A DNA stretch of 64,000 bases from the human T2T-CHM13v2.0 reference genome, Homo sapiens (GCF_009914755.1 NC_060942.1), one strand, 5' to 3'; counted from the first letter of the stretch, positions 43,061-57,264 are shown. A program made the numbers and translations. Notes: generated by a model from the sequence alone, not told the origin.

Positions 43061-43344
43061 CTTCATGTATAGTATCCACCATAGCACCTAGAACAGAGCC
43101 TGACTAGGAAGGGCTCAAGAAATACCTGGGATAAGAACGTTGAGGAAGTTCACAGTATATTCATGTCTAACAGTTATTATACAGAAAAAGTCGGTTTGAT
43201 GGTTATATATTGTACTCTGGCAGGCACTGGGGAAATAGTATAACACAATAAATATAAGATATGCATTGGCCTTAAAGGAGTTTAAAGTTTAGTGGATGAG
43301 ACAGAAATGTTCATAAATTACAAAATGGAGGCAGCCCCACATAA

Positions 43345-43520
43345 ATATTTAGAACAATGATTTTGGTCTCGGACAGAGCTGGGTTCAAGTTTTGATGTTG
43401 CCACTTGTTGGCTGGATGATCAAAAGTAAGTTATTTAATCACTCGAAAGCTTCAGTCTTCCAACCAGGAAAATGAAGATAACAGTGTCACGTATCTCACA
43501 TGAACATTATTTGATGTAAT
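43345..43520 (+). mobile_element. MIR fragment
   Basis: gacagagctgggttcaagtttt...gccacttg...aagttatttaatcactc..cttcagtcttcc...aaaatgaagataa. Confidence 0.65.
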
Positions 43521-43836
43521 GTTGTAATGTATGAGAAGGAAAAGAACGGTATCTTGTTCCACTATTCCCAGAACCATCTAATGTTGAGCTTAAATATTTG
43601 TTTAGTGAATTAATGATGACTTAATTAATTATATATTTAAAATTTCTATCTAGCACAGTGCCTTATACGGAGTAGGTACCTAAGAAAGTATTACTGAATA
43701 AATAAAACAATGAATCAGAGGGATTTTCGAAGCTCAGCTTGCACTTTCTCCTGTGTACATAACTTTCCTGCCCTGCCATTGCATTTGTACCCATATAAGG
43801 GTACATTTATAAATATTCACCATTTTCTATGCTCTC

Positions 43837-44245
43837 TGTGGCAGCTTTGTAATGTGCCAACTTGGATAGGCTGAACTTCATTTGCCATAAATAGTTTTCT
43901 CGTATGTCTCTGGTTAGAGTGAGCCAAAAGAAACGTTCTTTCTTTTTCTTCTTCTACTTTTTTTTTTAAGTGGAGGGGGCAATATTTCAGTGTGAAAGTA
44001 AAGGAGTAGCTACTTTGTACCTTATCCATGTTGTCACTTACTTTCTGGCTCTTCCCCGGATATAGGGTAGCAGACAGGCCTGCAGCTGCTTCATCTTCCC
44101 CTGGATTCTCCTTCCCTTTGTCTGACTCCTGTCCAGATATTCATTTAGCTTCACGATGGATACCAACTTGACCGTCCCTATCAAGGTTAAAAGCAGCAAA
44201 CATTGACATGAGTTTCAGTCTACTCCTGTGGGTTCCAGTTCAAAT
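43837..44245 (+). mobile_element. ERVL-class LTR (LTR33/MLT2-like)
   Basis: Starts tgtggcagctttgtaatgtgccaacttggataggctgaact; subfamily uncertain. Confidence 0.6.
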
Positions 44246-47200
44246 TGCATAAAATATTTCTAAACAGCCCGTGTTTTCCCTTTAGTTAGGAAAATGTAAG
44301 GAAAAGTCTTCGTTTCATATGAATGTGATTAGGTTCTTTAGGGCTAACTGGAGGGGCAACAGGGCAGTGTAAAGCTCGGCCCCAGACATGGGATATGGGG
44401 TCTATTCCCAGCTCTCAATGTATCAGCCCTTGGGGCATGAGTAAATCAGTAATTTTGTGAGTTTCAGATTCTACTTTATTCAATGGATGGTGTCCATTCT
44501 TCTCCTGCTTATACAGCTACTGTAGAGATTAGCTATTATTACACGTAAAACCAATACACCTTGAAAAAATATATAAATCTCTAGTGTTTACAAATATTCA
44601 AGATTATTTTGGCACTATTGCTATTATTCTTTCAAATCTATCATGTAGTAAGAACTTACTTTATAGCATGCACCATGCTGAGAGCACTTTTCATTTTTCC
44701 ATTTATTCCCTGTAGAATAGGTCTTATTGTCCCAATTACACATGTAAGAAAATGTTAGAAATTTGACTACCAACCCAGAGTTTATAGCCTACCCTATCTG
44801 CATAGCCAGAGTGCCTAGGCATTTCTTTATAACAAGCAGAACACATAGAAAAATTGAACAGATTTTGTTATTATCTGAATTATCTGCATTAGTTGTTACA
44901 ATAGTTGTGCTATGTGAAGTTGCTTACAAAACCTTTTATGAAATTTATAATGATGCAATACTGAATTTGAAAATTATTGCATATCACAAGATAGACAATT
45001 CAACTTCAGACAATGAAAATTGCCAAATCACTTGACTTACATCAGAAGTTTTTCAGATTTAGGAAAGGTTACTGTGAACTGACAAAGTATTTTAAAGAAC
45101 TCTCCCTGAGGCATTAACCATCTATCAATCAAAAACTTTCAGTTGATATTTAAGAGTAGCTATTTAACTTCAAGTAGTATTATTTTAATTAGAGAAAATT
45201 GAAAGTGAACATTTAAATATGGTAAATAGTAAATGTGCATTAAATCATTTGATATGTCTTTAAAAATGATAATAAGATTAATATTTTAAGTTTGGGTTTT
45301 GGAAATTAGCTTGTCATATTGATAGCATATTTGCAATTGACCAGAAGTGCTTCAGAAAAATATTAAGAATCAGAATGTGAAAAAGGCTTACATTCTGTTT
45401 GAGATAATGAGGAAAAAGCTATTTGTGTAAAAAATAGACTCTTCTGTGTGAATATGGGTATGTGTAGTGTGTGTATATTCTGAAGATATGCAGTGTGTGT
45501 GTGTTTATGTATTTTACAGAAAAACTATTATCAAATCAATATGTGTTTTATTATCAATGGTAACAGAGTTGAGGGAATTTGGTACATGTGTTTAAGCTGT
45601 TGTTAATTTTAAATCTTGCAAGTTGGAGCCAAGACTACAGATAGGTAAAAATATTCCAGGTAGGCAGTTCAAAGAAATTAACAATGTGGATTATTGTAAG
45701 CAGCTCAATCTGGTAAAAGGTCTACTTCATTTTTAATATGAGGTCTAAGATTTCATAAAATTTAAGTTAACTAAATTGTCAATAAGTTAGCTCCATAAAT
45801 GATGAATCTAAAAGTAGAACAATGATCTTTGATATTGAAGGAGAGATAAAGGTAGGAGCTAAAGGGAGTAGGCTGAAATCATTAATTTTTTAAGATATTT
45901 AAATAAGTGCCCTGTTTTAGTAATAAAATAAAACCACAACTCTAGAAAAATTAGTAAATAAAAATGTTGGGAAGTAATTGTAACCATTGGAAGAGTGAGT
46001 TATAGCCTAGGAAGATAAGTAAATATGTGAATTGGAAGCCTACATAGAAAGAGAAACCAAAATCGAAAATTAGTATACAAAAACAAAAAGAAAAATATTA
46101 AGTATAAGTTAACACAAAAATGCAACAAATTATATATAGCACACAACAGTTGTTTAGACAATTCCTTTGTTAAAGTTCATGACTTGATAGCAAAAATAGG
46201 GGAAATAATGTATATACATATAAAATAAGACACATTTTAGGAAAAGCAATCTAGAGTAAGATGAAATAAATAGATTCCTAATCAAAAATAGAATATTTCA
46301 CACATATATCTAATACATAAATAAATTCTCGTGAAATTATGCTGTGACTGAGCAGTTATTAGTCTTTAGGGCAAGTAGGTATATGTTCTACATTACACAA
46401 CACCGGTGTATACAGTTATGGTAATACAGAATGTACACGAGTAAAATTATGATAATGTAAATATTGAAGTAGCCAACAGGAAGAAGTCAAGTGAATGGAA
46501 AGCTCAGTCCTAATCTGTGATTGAATTCTAAGAACTAAAATATGTGTTTGGAAGTATGCTGCCTGCATTGTACAAGTTCCGTACCTTGTTATTTTCTCTT
46601 TGGTATAACAATATATTCTCCATTGCATATGGTAGAACTTCCTCTGATTGTTTATAAACATTATCTTTCCAAACAAAGATTAGAAACTTTCTGGTGACTG
46701 AGAGCTTGGAGCCAGGACTAGAGAAAGTTCCATCCAGAATCAAATTTTTTGCCCATAGGGATTTGGGCTCCAATTCAAAGTAAGATGAGTTTGGAGACAT
46801 GAAACACCACTTGCCGTTAGTGCCAGTATAAGGTCTGGTGAGAAAAATGAAATATCTACTCCCATTTTATCTTTTTGGTCTACCTTTTTAAAATATTTTT
46901 CCTCTTTCTAATTTCGAAGTCTCTTCCCTCAAACACTTCTTAGCGAAGTTTCTCATATTAGAAAAATATACATAATTATTACCTTAAATTATGATAATAA
47001 AGCTCTCAAGTGGGATTTTTAACATTTTTCTAATTACAAAATTAAACTTTCCTTGTGAAAAGATCTCATCCATCACCAGCAAAAACTTGAGGTTTTACCG
47101 GAGAGAATAAGGGCTTTACATTGCCCAAGAAATCTTCGCATTTGAACCACACTAAAGAACTCTCGGATTCTCCAACCACTCCTTGATCCATTAGACATTG

Positions 47201-48764
47201 TTCTACAATACAAATGGCTACATGGCTAAAAGTTCCGTGCCACAGTGGCACAAGAGCCATGTGCAAGGAGCATCCTTGAAACTCAGGTTTAAATGTTGCT
47301 AGTTTGGTGTGCCTGACGAATTTTTGAATTTAATCAAATACTATTTGTAGATCAGTCAAAATGTGAAATACATAGAAGGGCTTCCAATTAACATTAATTC
47401 CTTTACACCCTGATCTCCCCGAGTCTGCAGAGGCCTTTCCACTGCACAGAAGCATGGTCCAAACAGCCTGGTAGTCTGGCTGCCTTTTTTTTTTTTTTTT
47501 AACCGATATTTTAAACCTATTATTTGACCTGTCTCCTTAAGGTTCTTCTTCCTGTGACAGAAAATATATGAGTAACTATTTTCAGGCCAGGCATTATGGG
47601 TAAAAATGGTTTAATAAACCTCACCCTGATAATAATTTCCAGCCCAATAATAGAATAAAAGGGGGAAAATACATTAGCTGTATGTAATTTGAGAATTTAT
47701 TTTAGGGCAGAGTTTCATGCAAATCCTACCATATAGTCAGATATTTACATTGCTTATGTTTAAAGTTGGGTTAGGTTACATGTGCATACATAACCAAAGC
47801 ATACTCTTCAAAGTCACTTTGTATGTCCACAGCTGAAAAAAAAATCCCTCTTTCCTTTGCCTGATGGATAAGAAACAGTGTGCTACATTTTTCTTAACTA
47901 AGGGTCTCACACATTGGCAATTTTGTCAACCTAGATGTAAACACCACTGCCACGTCCGAATCATAATAAATTTTGTTTACTGTAGTTAGACATTGGGTTT
48001 GCTTACATTTTAGTTAAAACAGCCGAAGATTTATCCTTCTGTCAGAGCCACTGGAAAATTGAGAGTCTTGTGCAAGTTGTAAGCTTTCTGCTTAATCTTC
48101 TGGAAACTTTTCCAATTTTCCTTTAATAACACCAGGAGGCCAGTGGTGTGCCACTTATGGATGGAGGGGGAGGAGTTCTCCATCCTGAGTTTCCCTCCTT
48201 TGCTCAGCTGACAGGCTCCACAGAAATGAAATGCAGTAATATACATTAGCACTAACTTATACACCAAGCTGTCACCATCAGGTAAAATTGATCACAAATT
48301 ACTGATTACTGAATCAAGAAAGTCATCAGTTATATTGTACTTGATTACTTTCTCATAAGAGGAATATATTACTGAATATGCTAAGATTACTCATGCATAA
48401 GAATTTGGAACTGACACTCCAGCAGCCCACACTCAGGAGGGAAGAAGAATTGTGCTGAGAAATTAGACTCTAAGTTCTATATAAAAATTATTTTAAACTG
48501 GTTCTTAAATTATGGCCAAGACCATAATGTCTCCTTGAATAATTTTCAACTCTTTTACACGGTGAAAGCTTCTTCATCACACATTCTTCTAGGATGTACC
48601 ATGGTCACGCTCATCAGCTACCCTCCTTGGTAGGAAGCACTCTGATATTGGTCAAGTTTACAGAATTAAGCCAATAGAGTTTATGGAAATTTTTCTAGGA
48701 CAAGGTAAGAAATAAAACATCCTTTTCTTTGTGATGTATTTTCTCCTTGAAGACCTGTTTTGAG

Positions 48765-48795
48765 CTTGAGCTTAGCCAAAAGGCCAAGAAGCAAT
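48765..48795 (-). pseudogene. U2 snRNA 5'-fragment retropseudogene (nt 1-31)
   Basis: Reverse complement attgcttcttggccttttggctaagctcaag vs U2 atcgcttctcggccttttggctaagatcaag: 28/31, two differences are CpG decay; imperfect flanking direct repeat tgaagacctgttttga / tgaagaatgtttcga. Confidence 0.85.
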
Positions 48796-49442
48796 TGAAG
48801 AATGTTTCGATTTGTCTTACTCTTCTCTCTCCTCTCCTTTGCTGTTATCACTTTAAGAGTTACTGAAAACTGCCTCTCATCAAAAAGAGGCCCTTCTGCC
48901 CTTGGAAAACCATATGGGCCAGACGAGAGTCCTAAGACAGATCTTAAGCAAAATATGTGAAAGAGATATTAGCATTCATACATTGCCTAATTAACTCACC
49001 TGGAACATGAAGCTGAAGCTTTCTTTTTCGACAAAGAGCACGCATTTGCCCATATAGAGATAATTTTATCATTGTCAGCTGAGAGCAGCTGATTGAAATT
49101 CAGTCTCTGTGAAAGGAGGCTGAACATACAAAAGAAATATAAAGTTAGGTTGACATCTTACACTACACCAAAATAAAATTCAGATGGGTACAGCATGGGT
49201 TTTCCAAATAAACTCTGGCAAGGTTTTTTTCCCAAACTGGGATATGCAGAGAGTCTCAGGGAAAAACAGCAGTGTAGACAGAAGCATGAGAAATCAAAGA
49301 AAAAGCTGAAAATATCTTCCTAGATTGTTTATTTTTTGCTAATTTGGTATACTCACAGTCTGAAAACATTTAGGCCAATGTCTTATTTTTCTTTAAGTTC
49401 AGGGAGCATTATGCTTTTACATTCAGGGAGTGTTTTACAATG

Positions 49443-49445
<3 letters not shown>

Positions 49446-49479
<34 letters not shown>
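49446..49479 (+). repeat. (TG)n microsatellite
   Basis: ~17 TG units. Confidence 0.97.
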
Positions 49480-49483
<4 letters not shown>

Positions 49484-49964
49484 GTGCCTGTCAGCCCCAT
49501 CGTCTTCACCATGTCATCAGCACAGTTGGTGCTGCATGAATACAGCTTGTTCTGCTGGGTTAACAGCACTCACTCCACTCCTGGTGGTAGTCTGCCAGTG
49601 ATACTTAGTTACTAGTGGTGGTCAGTTGGAGTCAACAAGGACTGGAAGCTAAACAGGAGGGAGAAGATTAGGAAGCCTGTCTTCATCCACTGGTATAAGT
49701 CTGGATGTACCCACAGCTATTGACCACATTTTTCATTGTCTATGCCCAAATTTTGTCAGTTTCCCCCAGCCAGTGTTACCTTATCCCCAGCATTCTAACT
49801 GCATTGCAAGTTAGCACTCAAAGCTAGTTTCCAACTGAATGGGCTTACTGCCTATAGATTCCTGATACAATTCCATCCATATGTTTGGATTTCTTTGAAT
49901 AAAGATACCAGCCATAAACAAACCCAAGTCAATACTTGGTTTCAGAATATGGGTATTTGCAAAG

Positions 49965-50223
49965 GGCTGAATGCGGTGGCTCATGCCTGTAATCCCAGCA
50001 CATTGGGAGGCCGAGGCAGGCGGAACACTTGAGGCCAGGAGTTTGAGACCAACTAAAAATAACATAAATTAGCTGGACATAGTGGTACACACCTGTAATC
50101 CCAGCTACTCAGGAGGCTGAGGCATGAGAATCACTTGAACGTGGGAGGCTGAGGTTGCAGTGAGCCAAGATCATGCCATTGCACTCCAGCCTGGGTAACA
50201 GAGTGAGATCCTATCTCAAGGAA

Positions 50224-50267
<44 letters not shown>

Positions 50268-50270
50268 TAA
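49965..50270 (+). mobile_element. Alu (S/J-type) with ~30-bp internal deletion and (AAT)n tail
   Basis: gtttgagacca|actaaaaat lacks gcctggccaacatggtgaaaccccgtctct; (AAT)n 50224-50265; TSD-like agaatatgggtatttg / agaaaatgggcatttg. Confidence 0.92.
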
Positions 50271-51810
50271 ATAGAAAATGGGCATTTGGCTAACAGAGTC
50301 TCCCTATTGGCTTCAGGTTTAGCACCATCTCCTTACGAATCATTACAGCACACTCTGTTCTGACTGAGAAACAAATGTCCAGTACAACTGAGAATCTTAC
50401 AACTTTGATATTTGTGAGAGCTAAAGAACACATCTTTTCAGAGAGAACAGAGTTCCTTTTTGGATCAAATGTCATGTGATATTACAAAGAGAAAAAATAA
50501 TAATTGTAACTTAGTTGTTTATCTAATTATTTAATGGTAGAGTTTGAAAGAAGACTCTTTGTAGTTCGGAATGTTGGACTGTCTCCTTGTGATTCATTAT
50601 AAATATGTTCCAGACAGTGCTTTATGAAAAAAAATAATCCCAACCATTTAATCATCAAAGTTGGTTGTTTATAACAATAGGATATTTAATGCTATAGGAC
50701 AGAAAACAAATGTCATGCAATGCAATTTTTTTTGTCTGAGCTTTAGTCTTCAGTAAAATCTAACAAATATTGGCATTATATGTCACTAAAAAGTAAAAGA
50801 TCAGGCTCTGACCTTCAAGAATCCCCACAATATGTACATTATGTTGATGTGCCCTTTGTTTTTCTATTTTGGTTTGCTTTGGCGGCCTCTGCAATTTCAG
50901 GATAAGGGAAGATTGTCTTACCGAGTTTCCAATGTCATCATTTTAGCCAAGGAATTAACTGAAAGGGAAGTCTACTTCTTCCACTATTTATTTATTTTCT
51001 TCTGACACAGCTGGGAGTCAAGACATATTGAAAAAGGCATAAGCCACATATGGCTCAGATGCTCATTTAGGGTGAGCCCAAAGTGACTTCACAAAAGCAA
51101 GTGTAAACTTTTCCAAAACAGTTTGGTTTTAAATTGAAGTCTCTTGAGAAGGAGCCCATCTGAGAAGGTCAGAATTTGTGCTTCTCCCTTTTGAAAGACC
51201 TTCCACTCAGATGTCAAAAGTGTGCACCATCTTTAAGGTCCCAGTTACATTCCTCCTAATCCATGGAGACTTGCCCCCATCTCTGTTGCTGTATTCATAC
51301 ATCTCCACTTTCTTTAAACTCCTAAAGTTCTTATAATCTCTACTGTACATTTCATTATTTAATTATATATTTCTTGTTATTGCATCATTGGTTTTGCCTC
51401 TAGCTAGAGGTCAAGGAAATTAATCTGAATGACCACATCTCTTTCTTATTACATGAATGGAACATGGTATATATGCTCTTCATCCAATTCTTTTAATCGA
51501 CTTATGACCTAACTGCAGATTGGGTTTAAAAGCAGACAGATAAGAAAATAAAATATAAATATTGTTAGGTCCCTGCTTTCTCTTACAAAGTTAGATAATT
51601 TTCTTTCTAATATTAATCATATATTTTTGCTTTTCAAAGCAATTTATATTCACTCTTATGATTGATCCTCATAATATCTCAAAGATAAACGGAATTGGTG
51701 TCCAAGTATATATGAGCATGTGTTCATACTAAGAGTAAGTGGCAGAGTCTAGAACTCAAGACTCATAATTCCCAACTGATGTGCTTGACTCTAAATAACA
51801 TTGGCATAGA

Positions 51811-51967
51811 GCCGGGTGCAGTGGCTCATTCCTGTGATCTCAGCTACTTGGGAGGCTGAGGAAGGAAGATAGCTTGAGCCCAGGAGTTCAAGTCTGCAGT
51901 GAGCTATGATTATGCCACTGTCCTTCAACCTGAATGACAGAGTGTGACCCTGTCTCTTTAAAAAAAG
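51811..51967 (+). mobile_element. FRAM / AluJ right-arm monomer
   Basis: gccgggtgcagtggctca...gcttgagcccaggagttcaagtctgcagtgagctatgat...gaccctgtctct plus A tail. Confidence 0.85.
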
Positions 51968-52841
51968 TAGTCCTGAGTAACAGTGGCATGACTTACTGCC
52001 CATTTAGGAAAAATTGTGCCTTAGGTTCTGCCAGATAATGGCATCATTAAGACAGTGTTACTAAAATGTAATGGAAAAAAAGAGTTTCCATTAAGTTTGG
52101 CAGACACCAGAAAATGTTCCCCTCAAATCCGTAACTGAAAAAGGAAATGGCTACACACAGGGTTAAAGTAGAATTACTGACAGAAAATTCAGTTGGGAGG
52201 CAGAAGTAAGAGAATTAGTCTCAATTCTGTACATCTCCACTCTGGGCCTCCATAATCTCAAAGAAAATAAGGAGTTAATTTCAAGCATCCCTTCTAGCCT
52301 AATACTTATGATTGACCTCTCTGTAACACTGATAATTAGGAGTAGCTTCTTTACTATTCAACTCTGTGATCCATGTCTACTCTATTATTTGGGCCTTGGC
52401 ATGATACAATATTTGAGCAGAATTTGAATTGAGGCAGTATTTATTTTGAGTTCCCAGTATTGTTTACCTGGCTTATAGTTTAATTGCTTGGTTCATCTAT
52501 TTATGCATATTTAAAGAGCTAACTGGTGATTATATTGTTTGTTTAAGAAGTCATGTTTCCTGGAGACATATGGCAAGTTCAATCTAGTGCTACTGAGAAA
52601 AAGAAATCCCCATTCCTCGTTAAAGTTTGACAGTGTCTTGATAAGTTGATATGTATTAAGTCCATATGCAATGCTCTATAACACTATCTGAGGCATGCTT
52701 AGAAATATAAATATAAGGAAAGGATCCTGCTCTCAAATGCTCAACAATCTTGCTAGGAAGTAAAACATATAGATGTGAGCAATTTTCTGGCAACTCAAAG
52801 AAGTAAATAATAAATAACAAATTATTGGTATGTTTACTGTC

Positions 52842-53060
52842 AAATCATGTGCTGATAAATGTTTAACAACTGACTCTTTGGCAGGGGCTGAGGCAGGGGT
52901 GGAATAACCAGATTAGCAGCATTTGCCAATTTTCATGGTGTAAATATTCCTACACTGGTCAATTTCAAGCCACCAACCTGAGGTCACTGGACAGAGTTGG
53001 GGACAGGTGCACACAACAGGCTCTGGCAATCCAATTCTAGCTGACTCCAGCATGCCAGCA
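52842..53060. mobile_element. MER63A-like hAT-Blackjack fossil
   Basis: tgtgctgataaatgtttaacaactgactct...agcatttgccaattttcatggtgtaaatattcc...atttcaagccaccaac...ctccagcatgcca. Confidence 0.75.
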
Positions 53061-54559
53061 CGCTTGTAGAAGTTTTGATCAAGTAAAGATCTCAAGCCAA
53101 AGTGGTTAAGCCTCTTCTGTGGAGGAATGCCTCTCATATCCATATCTCTGAAGGACAATGGGATAAATAGGGGAGAGTTGATGTGAAAACATTCCTGAAA
53201 GAGATGATGTAAGCAATGGTCTAAGTGTCCTATGACCAAGAGAGCCTTCAAGAATAGAAATACGTCCATCAGAGCATTTACTGAGAATGATTTTAGATAG
53301 TATGTAAAAAAAAAAATAGGAAAGAACTCTTCAGTGATTCAGATTGTATCTTGTAAGTTTGCCTTTCCAAAGAAGTGAACGATATCTGTGTCAAGGAAGA
53401 AAAATGAATATTGAAAAATATCAAACCCATTTTAATTCAAAAATCAATTTGATGATTGCAACAATTGTTATTTAAAAATATTTTGAAGTGAAAAATACAA
53501 AATTTGTTTATAGACAGCTCTGCAGATCACAGGAAATCCCTGCAGCACAAAATTACTCTGGGAAAAGAAAATTTAAATCTCTCTTTAGCCAAAACACATT
53601 AAATTCTTACAGTAGTTATATTCAGTACCACATTGGAGCCCTTAAAATTCTTTTTTCCCAACAAATAAATCCATGTTTTGCCCTAGGAAACTTTTAACTT
53701 CAATCCTTCTTCACAGCAGAATCCACTGTTATAGCACTATTCCAAAATATTTCCATTCTTGTCAGTATCCCTGAAGATAAGGCTTTATTTTGATAATTCA
53801 TGTGGTTGGATATCAAACAGCTGCCAGGATATCTACCGACATCTGCTGTTTAGTTTTTATCAGTTTGTCCCATCTGGCCTGCATTCAACAGGACCCAAAT
53901 CAAGGCTGAACAAAATCACAGGACCTTCAAAAGCAATTTTACATTATTTTTGGAAGCATCAAGTATTCTTTCTCAGTTGTTAGAGCCACAGACTGTGTTG
54001 TCTATTGTCCTAGAGACAACTCTGAAACTTTTCAGATTAAGCTTTTTAACACTGTCCTCTCCACCAAACTTTAACATTTCTAAACTACATGCTTAGTATT
54101 CATCTAAACTGGCTTTTATTTGGCTTAGGAACATCAAATATGATAAAGAATGGTAAATTACTAGTATGCACAATTATTAAAATACATGTTAATCATTAAT
54201 TTAATCTACACAGATAGAGCCAAGAAAATTTCTTATCTTGGGAATTTCCAATTTCTTTCTAGGATTCCTTGCATCTACCTTTGCTCCTCATTTTCATGTA
54301 GCAAGTGTCTACTAATATCCTCCTTCAAGCCTCACATTCTAACTTGATGTATATCTTCTGCCTCTGCCCACACTTATCAACACAAGAAAAAGGATGAGGA
54401 TTGTAAATATGGCACGTACCCTGTAACATAAAATTCCGCTGTATCTTTGACTCCACTATCTTTCAACTTCTCCTGAGCTGATTCCTCTTCTGTGAGTATT
54501 TCTAGCATATCTCCAGTCCCAGGGTCTCCCTTATGTTTAACACAGACCTGGCATTCTAC

Positions 54560-54710
54560 CTACTTATGTGAAAATAAGATGTACAGTCTCATTTTAAAAT
54601 GAAAACCAGTCACAAAGAAGGTAAACGATCTTCCAAAAGCCATGAGTGACTCAATGGCAGAACAAGGATGAATATTTGACTCAAAAAATCCCATTCTTCC
54701 AAGAACTTCC
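54560..54710 (-). mobile_element. MIR fragment
   Basis: ctcattttaaaatgaaaacc...aaggtaaacgatcttccaaaagcca...aatggcagaacaagga. Confidence 0.55.
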
Positions 54711-54768
54711 CAGATGCAGACAGCAGCACAATATGTGTTTGCTAAGGCAGACTAGAAAGGTGTTCTTT

Positions 54769-55510
54769 TTAAAAAGAATTTCAATGTTTCTTTTAGTTTT
54801 CTGGGGGTACATGTGCACGTTGGTTACATGGGCAAATTTTGCAATGCTGAAGTGTGGAGTCTGAATGATCCCACCACCCAAATCGTAAGCATAGTACCCC
54901 AAAGGTAATTTTTTAGCCCTTCCTATCTCCTCCTCCAACTCTTTTTCCTCTTGTAATCCCCAGTTTCTATTGTTTTTATCTTTTTGTCCATGTGTAACCA
55001 GTGCTTAGCTCCCACTTGTAAGTGAGAACTTGTGGTATTTGGTTTTCCATTCCTGTTAGTTCACTTAGGATAATGGCCTCTAGCTGCATCCATGTTGCTG
55101 CAAAGGACATGATTTCATTCTTTTTTATGGCTGCATAGTATTCCATGATGTGTATATACCACATTCTTTATTCAGGCCATCATTGACGGGCACCTAGGTT
55201 GATTCAATATCTTTGCTATTGTGAATATTGCTGTGATGAATATCTGAGTACATGTGTCTTTTTGGTACTACTATTTATTTTCATTGAGAATATACCCAGT
55301 AGTGGGATTGATGGGTTAAATGGTAGCTCTGTTTTAAGTTCTTTGAGAAATCTCTAAGTTGCTTTCTACAGTGGTTGAACTAATTTACATTCCCATCAAC
55401 AGTGTGTAAGTGTTCCCTTTTCTCCCCAGCCTCGCCAGCATCTGTTATTTTTTGACTTTTTAATAATAGCTGTTCCAAATGGTGTGAGATGGTATCTCAT
55501 TGTGGTTTTG
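54769..55510 (-). mobile_element. 5'-truncated L1PA15/16-like 3' end
   Basis: ORF 54976-55164 MWYIHIMEYYAAIKKNEIMSFAATWMQLEAIILSEL is the L1 ORF2 C-terminus; 3' UTR gggtacatgtgcacgttggttacatggg; short flanking repeat tgttcttt. Confidence 0.92.
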
Positions 55511-57264
55511 TTCTTTATTTCAGCAAAAACTGTGGCTGAAAAATAAAAACTAATTGAGCATAAATGTATTCTTTTATTCACATCCTTTTCTATAAAATCA
55601 TGATGAAAAGAAATAAATATATAGCTTGAAAATAGTAGCATTGTGGTTACATCCTTTCTTTTATTGTAGAATGTTTAACTACAGAATATTCATTTCCACT
55701 GTGTCCATACACTCAAGACTGAGAATTGAGATAATTCTCTACCATAAATCCCCTAAAGCAACCCTGCTCTCTTGCATTTGAAAAGTATCATTATCTATAC
55801 AATTTCAAGTGAATTTCTATAATTTCTTCTTCCACATTGTACCAATGGTTTAGTGGAACAAATAATCCTGTTTAGGTTGCCTGTAAATGTTTAAAGGTGA
55901 CAAGCAAATAATTGGGAGAATCAGGCTAACCGGGTATCTGGTTTCTAATTCTCATCCTAGTAACATCCCTTCTAACACCACCTTGGGATACACAGAACCC
56001 AGAAATTTGTTAACCTAATTTCTCCGAACGCATTTCCAAGGTTTGCAAATGCCTCTTCCTCAGGTCTCTTCTTCCAAGAGCCAACCGTAATTCCAGGGTG
56101 CACCTCATGTCCCCACTGGCCAAATGCTGTGAATGGGGCTTGGATATGCAGAATGAAGTGTCCACACATGTAAGCACGAACATGTGTAATGCAAACAACT
56201 GTAATGCTGAATAGAGCTGGGGATGGGAAGAACAGATCCTTGGTCAAAGACTGAAAACCAGGGCCCATGGCCAGGTCTCCCACGCATCACATTCTGCATG
56301 GATCCTAAGAACCTGTGAATTCCGCATTCAGATCTGAAGCTCCTCCTGGTCTTTAATTTATTTACCAGTTTTTTTATTGAGTTATAGTTTTTTAATATTC
56401 AGATATGTGGTATGAAAACTTCCATTAGTGTGTGTTCACCAGCCCTGCAAGTGTTACGTGTGGGTCTGCTTTTTCCCTTCAACCCACAATGAATATAAAT
56501 GTGTCTGACAAGGAAATTTCAAGGGATTTGTTCAATGTAGACAAAAATGGACAAGAATTATTTACCTCAAAATAATAATTCTTTAAGAATTTCATCTACA
56601 CATTTAGGCAAAATTAAAATTTATGACTACAGAGAATTTTAAACTTCATTTTATTTTTCATTTCTTTAGTCAACACTGATCCATTTATTGATAGGACGTG
56701 AAGTTTCTACTTTGTTCGAAACTCCAAAACAGAATAATTCTTTAGTTCCTTTCTACTATGTCCATTCCAAAAGAGTAGCAAATTTAGCCTAGCTCTCCAT
56801 TTCTTTGTATAGAGCAATGGTATTTTTATTGAAATGAGAAATTTACATGCTCATTACAAAGTGCTTATTCTTGCTCAAAATAGCTTTGGCATAGTATTGC
56901 GCAATATTTCTCCCCAAATATCAGGAAATGCTGAATTAACAGATCCAGTGTGGAGAATTTAGAGGTTGTGCCCAGTAACTTTACTATGTCTGTCAGGGAA
57001 GTCCCTCTCATCATTCTAGAGTAATTTCATCTTTGATTTGAGTGGAACTTTTGTAGCTTAATGGGTGATAATTTCCTCCTGTCAGACATCTCATATTCTG
57101 CATGCCCCTCATCTGGCCTGTGTCACATAAAGAGGAGGGAATGTAATTTTCCACCCACCTGTAGAAAACAGCTAAGTTTTATCTCCTATGTGATTCCTAA
57201 TACGCTGCCCCATGGCAGGAATTCATTATCCACAGATGAAGTAATTATCCTCAAGAAGAGTGGA

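Noticed and set aside
56255-56470. Possible MER45-like hAT-Tip100 fragment
   Set aside because: Resemblance limited to a short terminus; too weak to call without a Dfam search.
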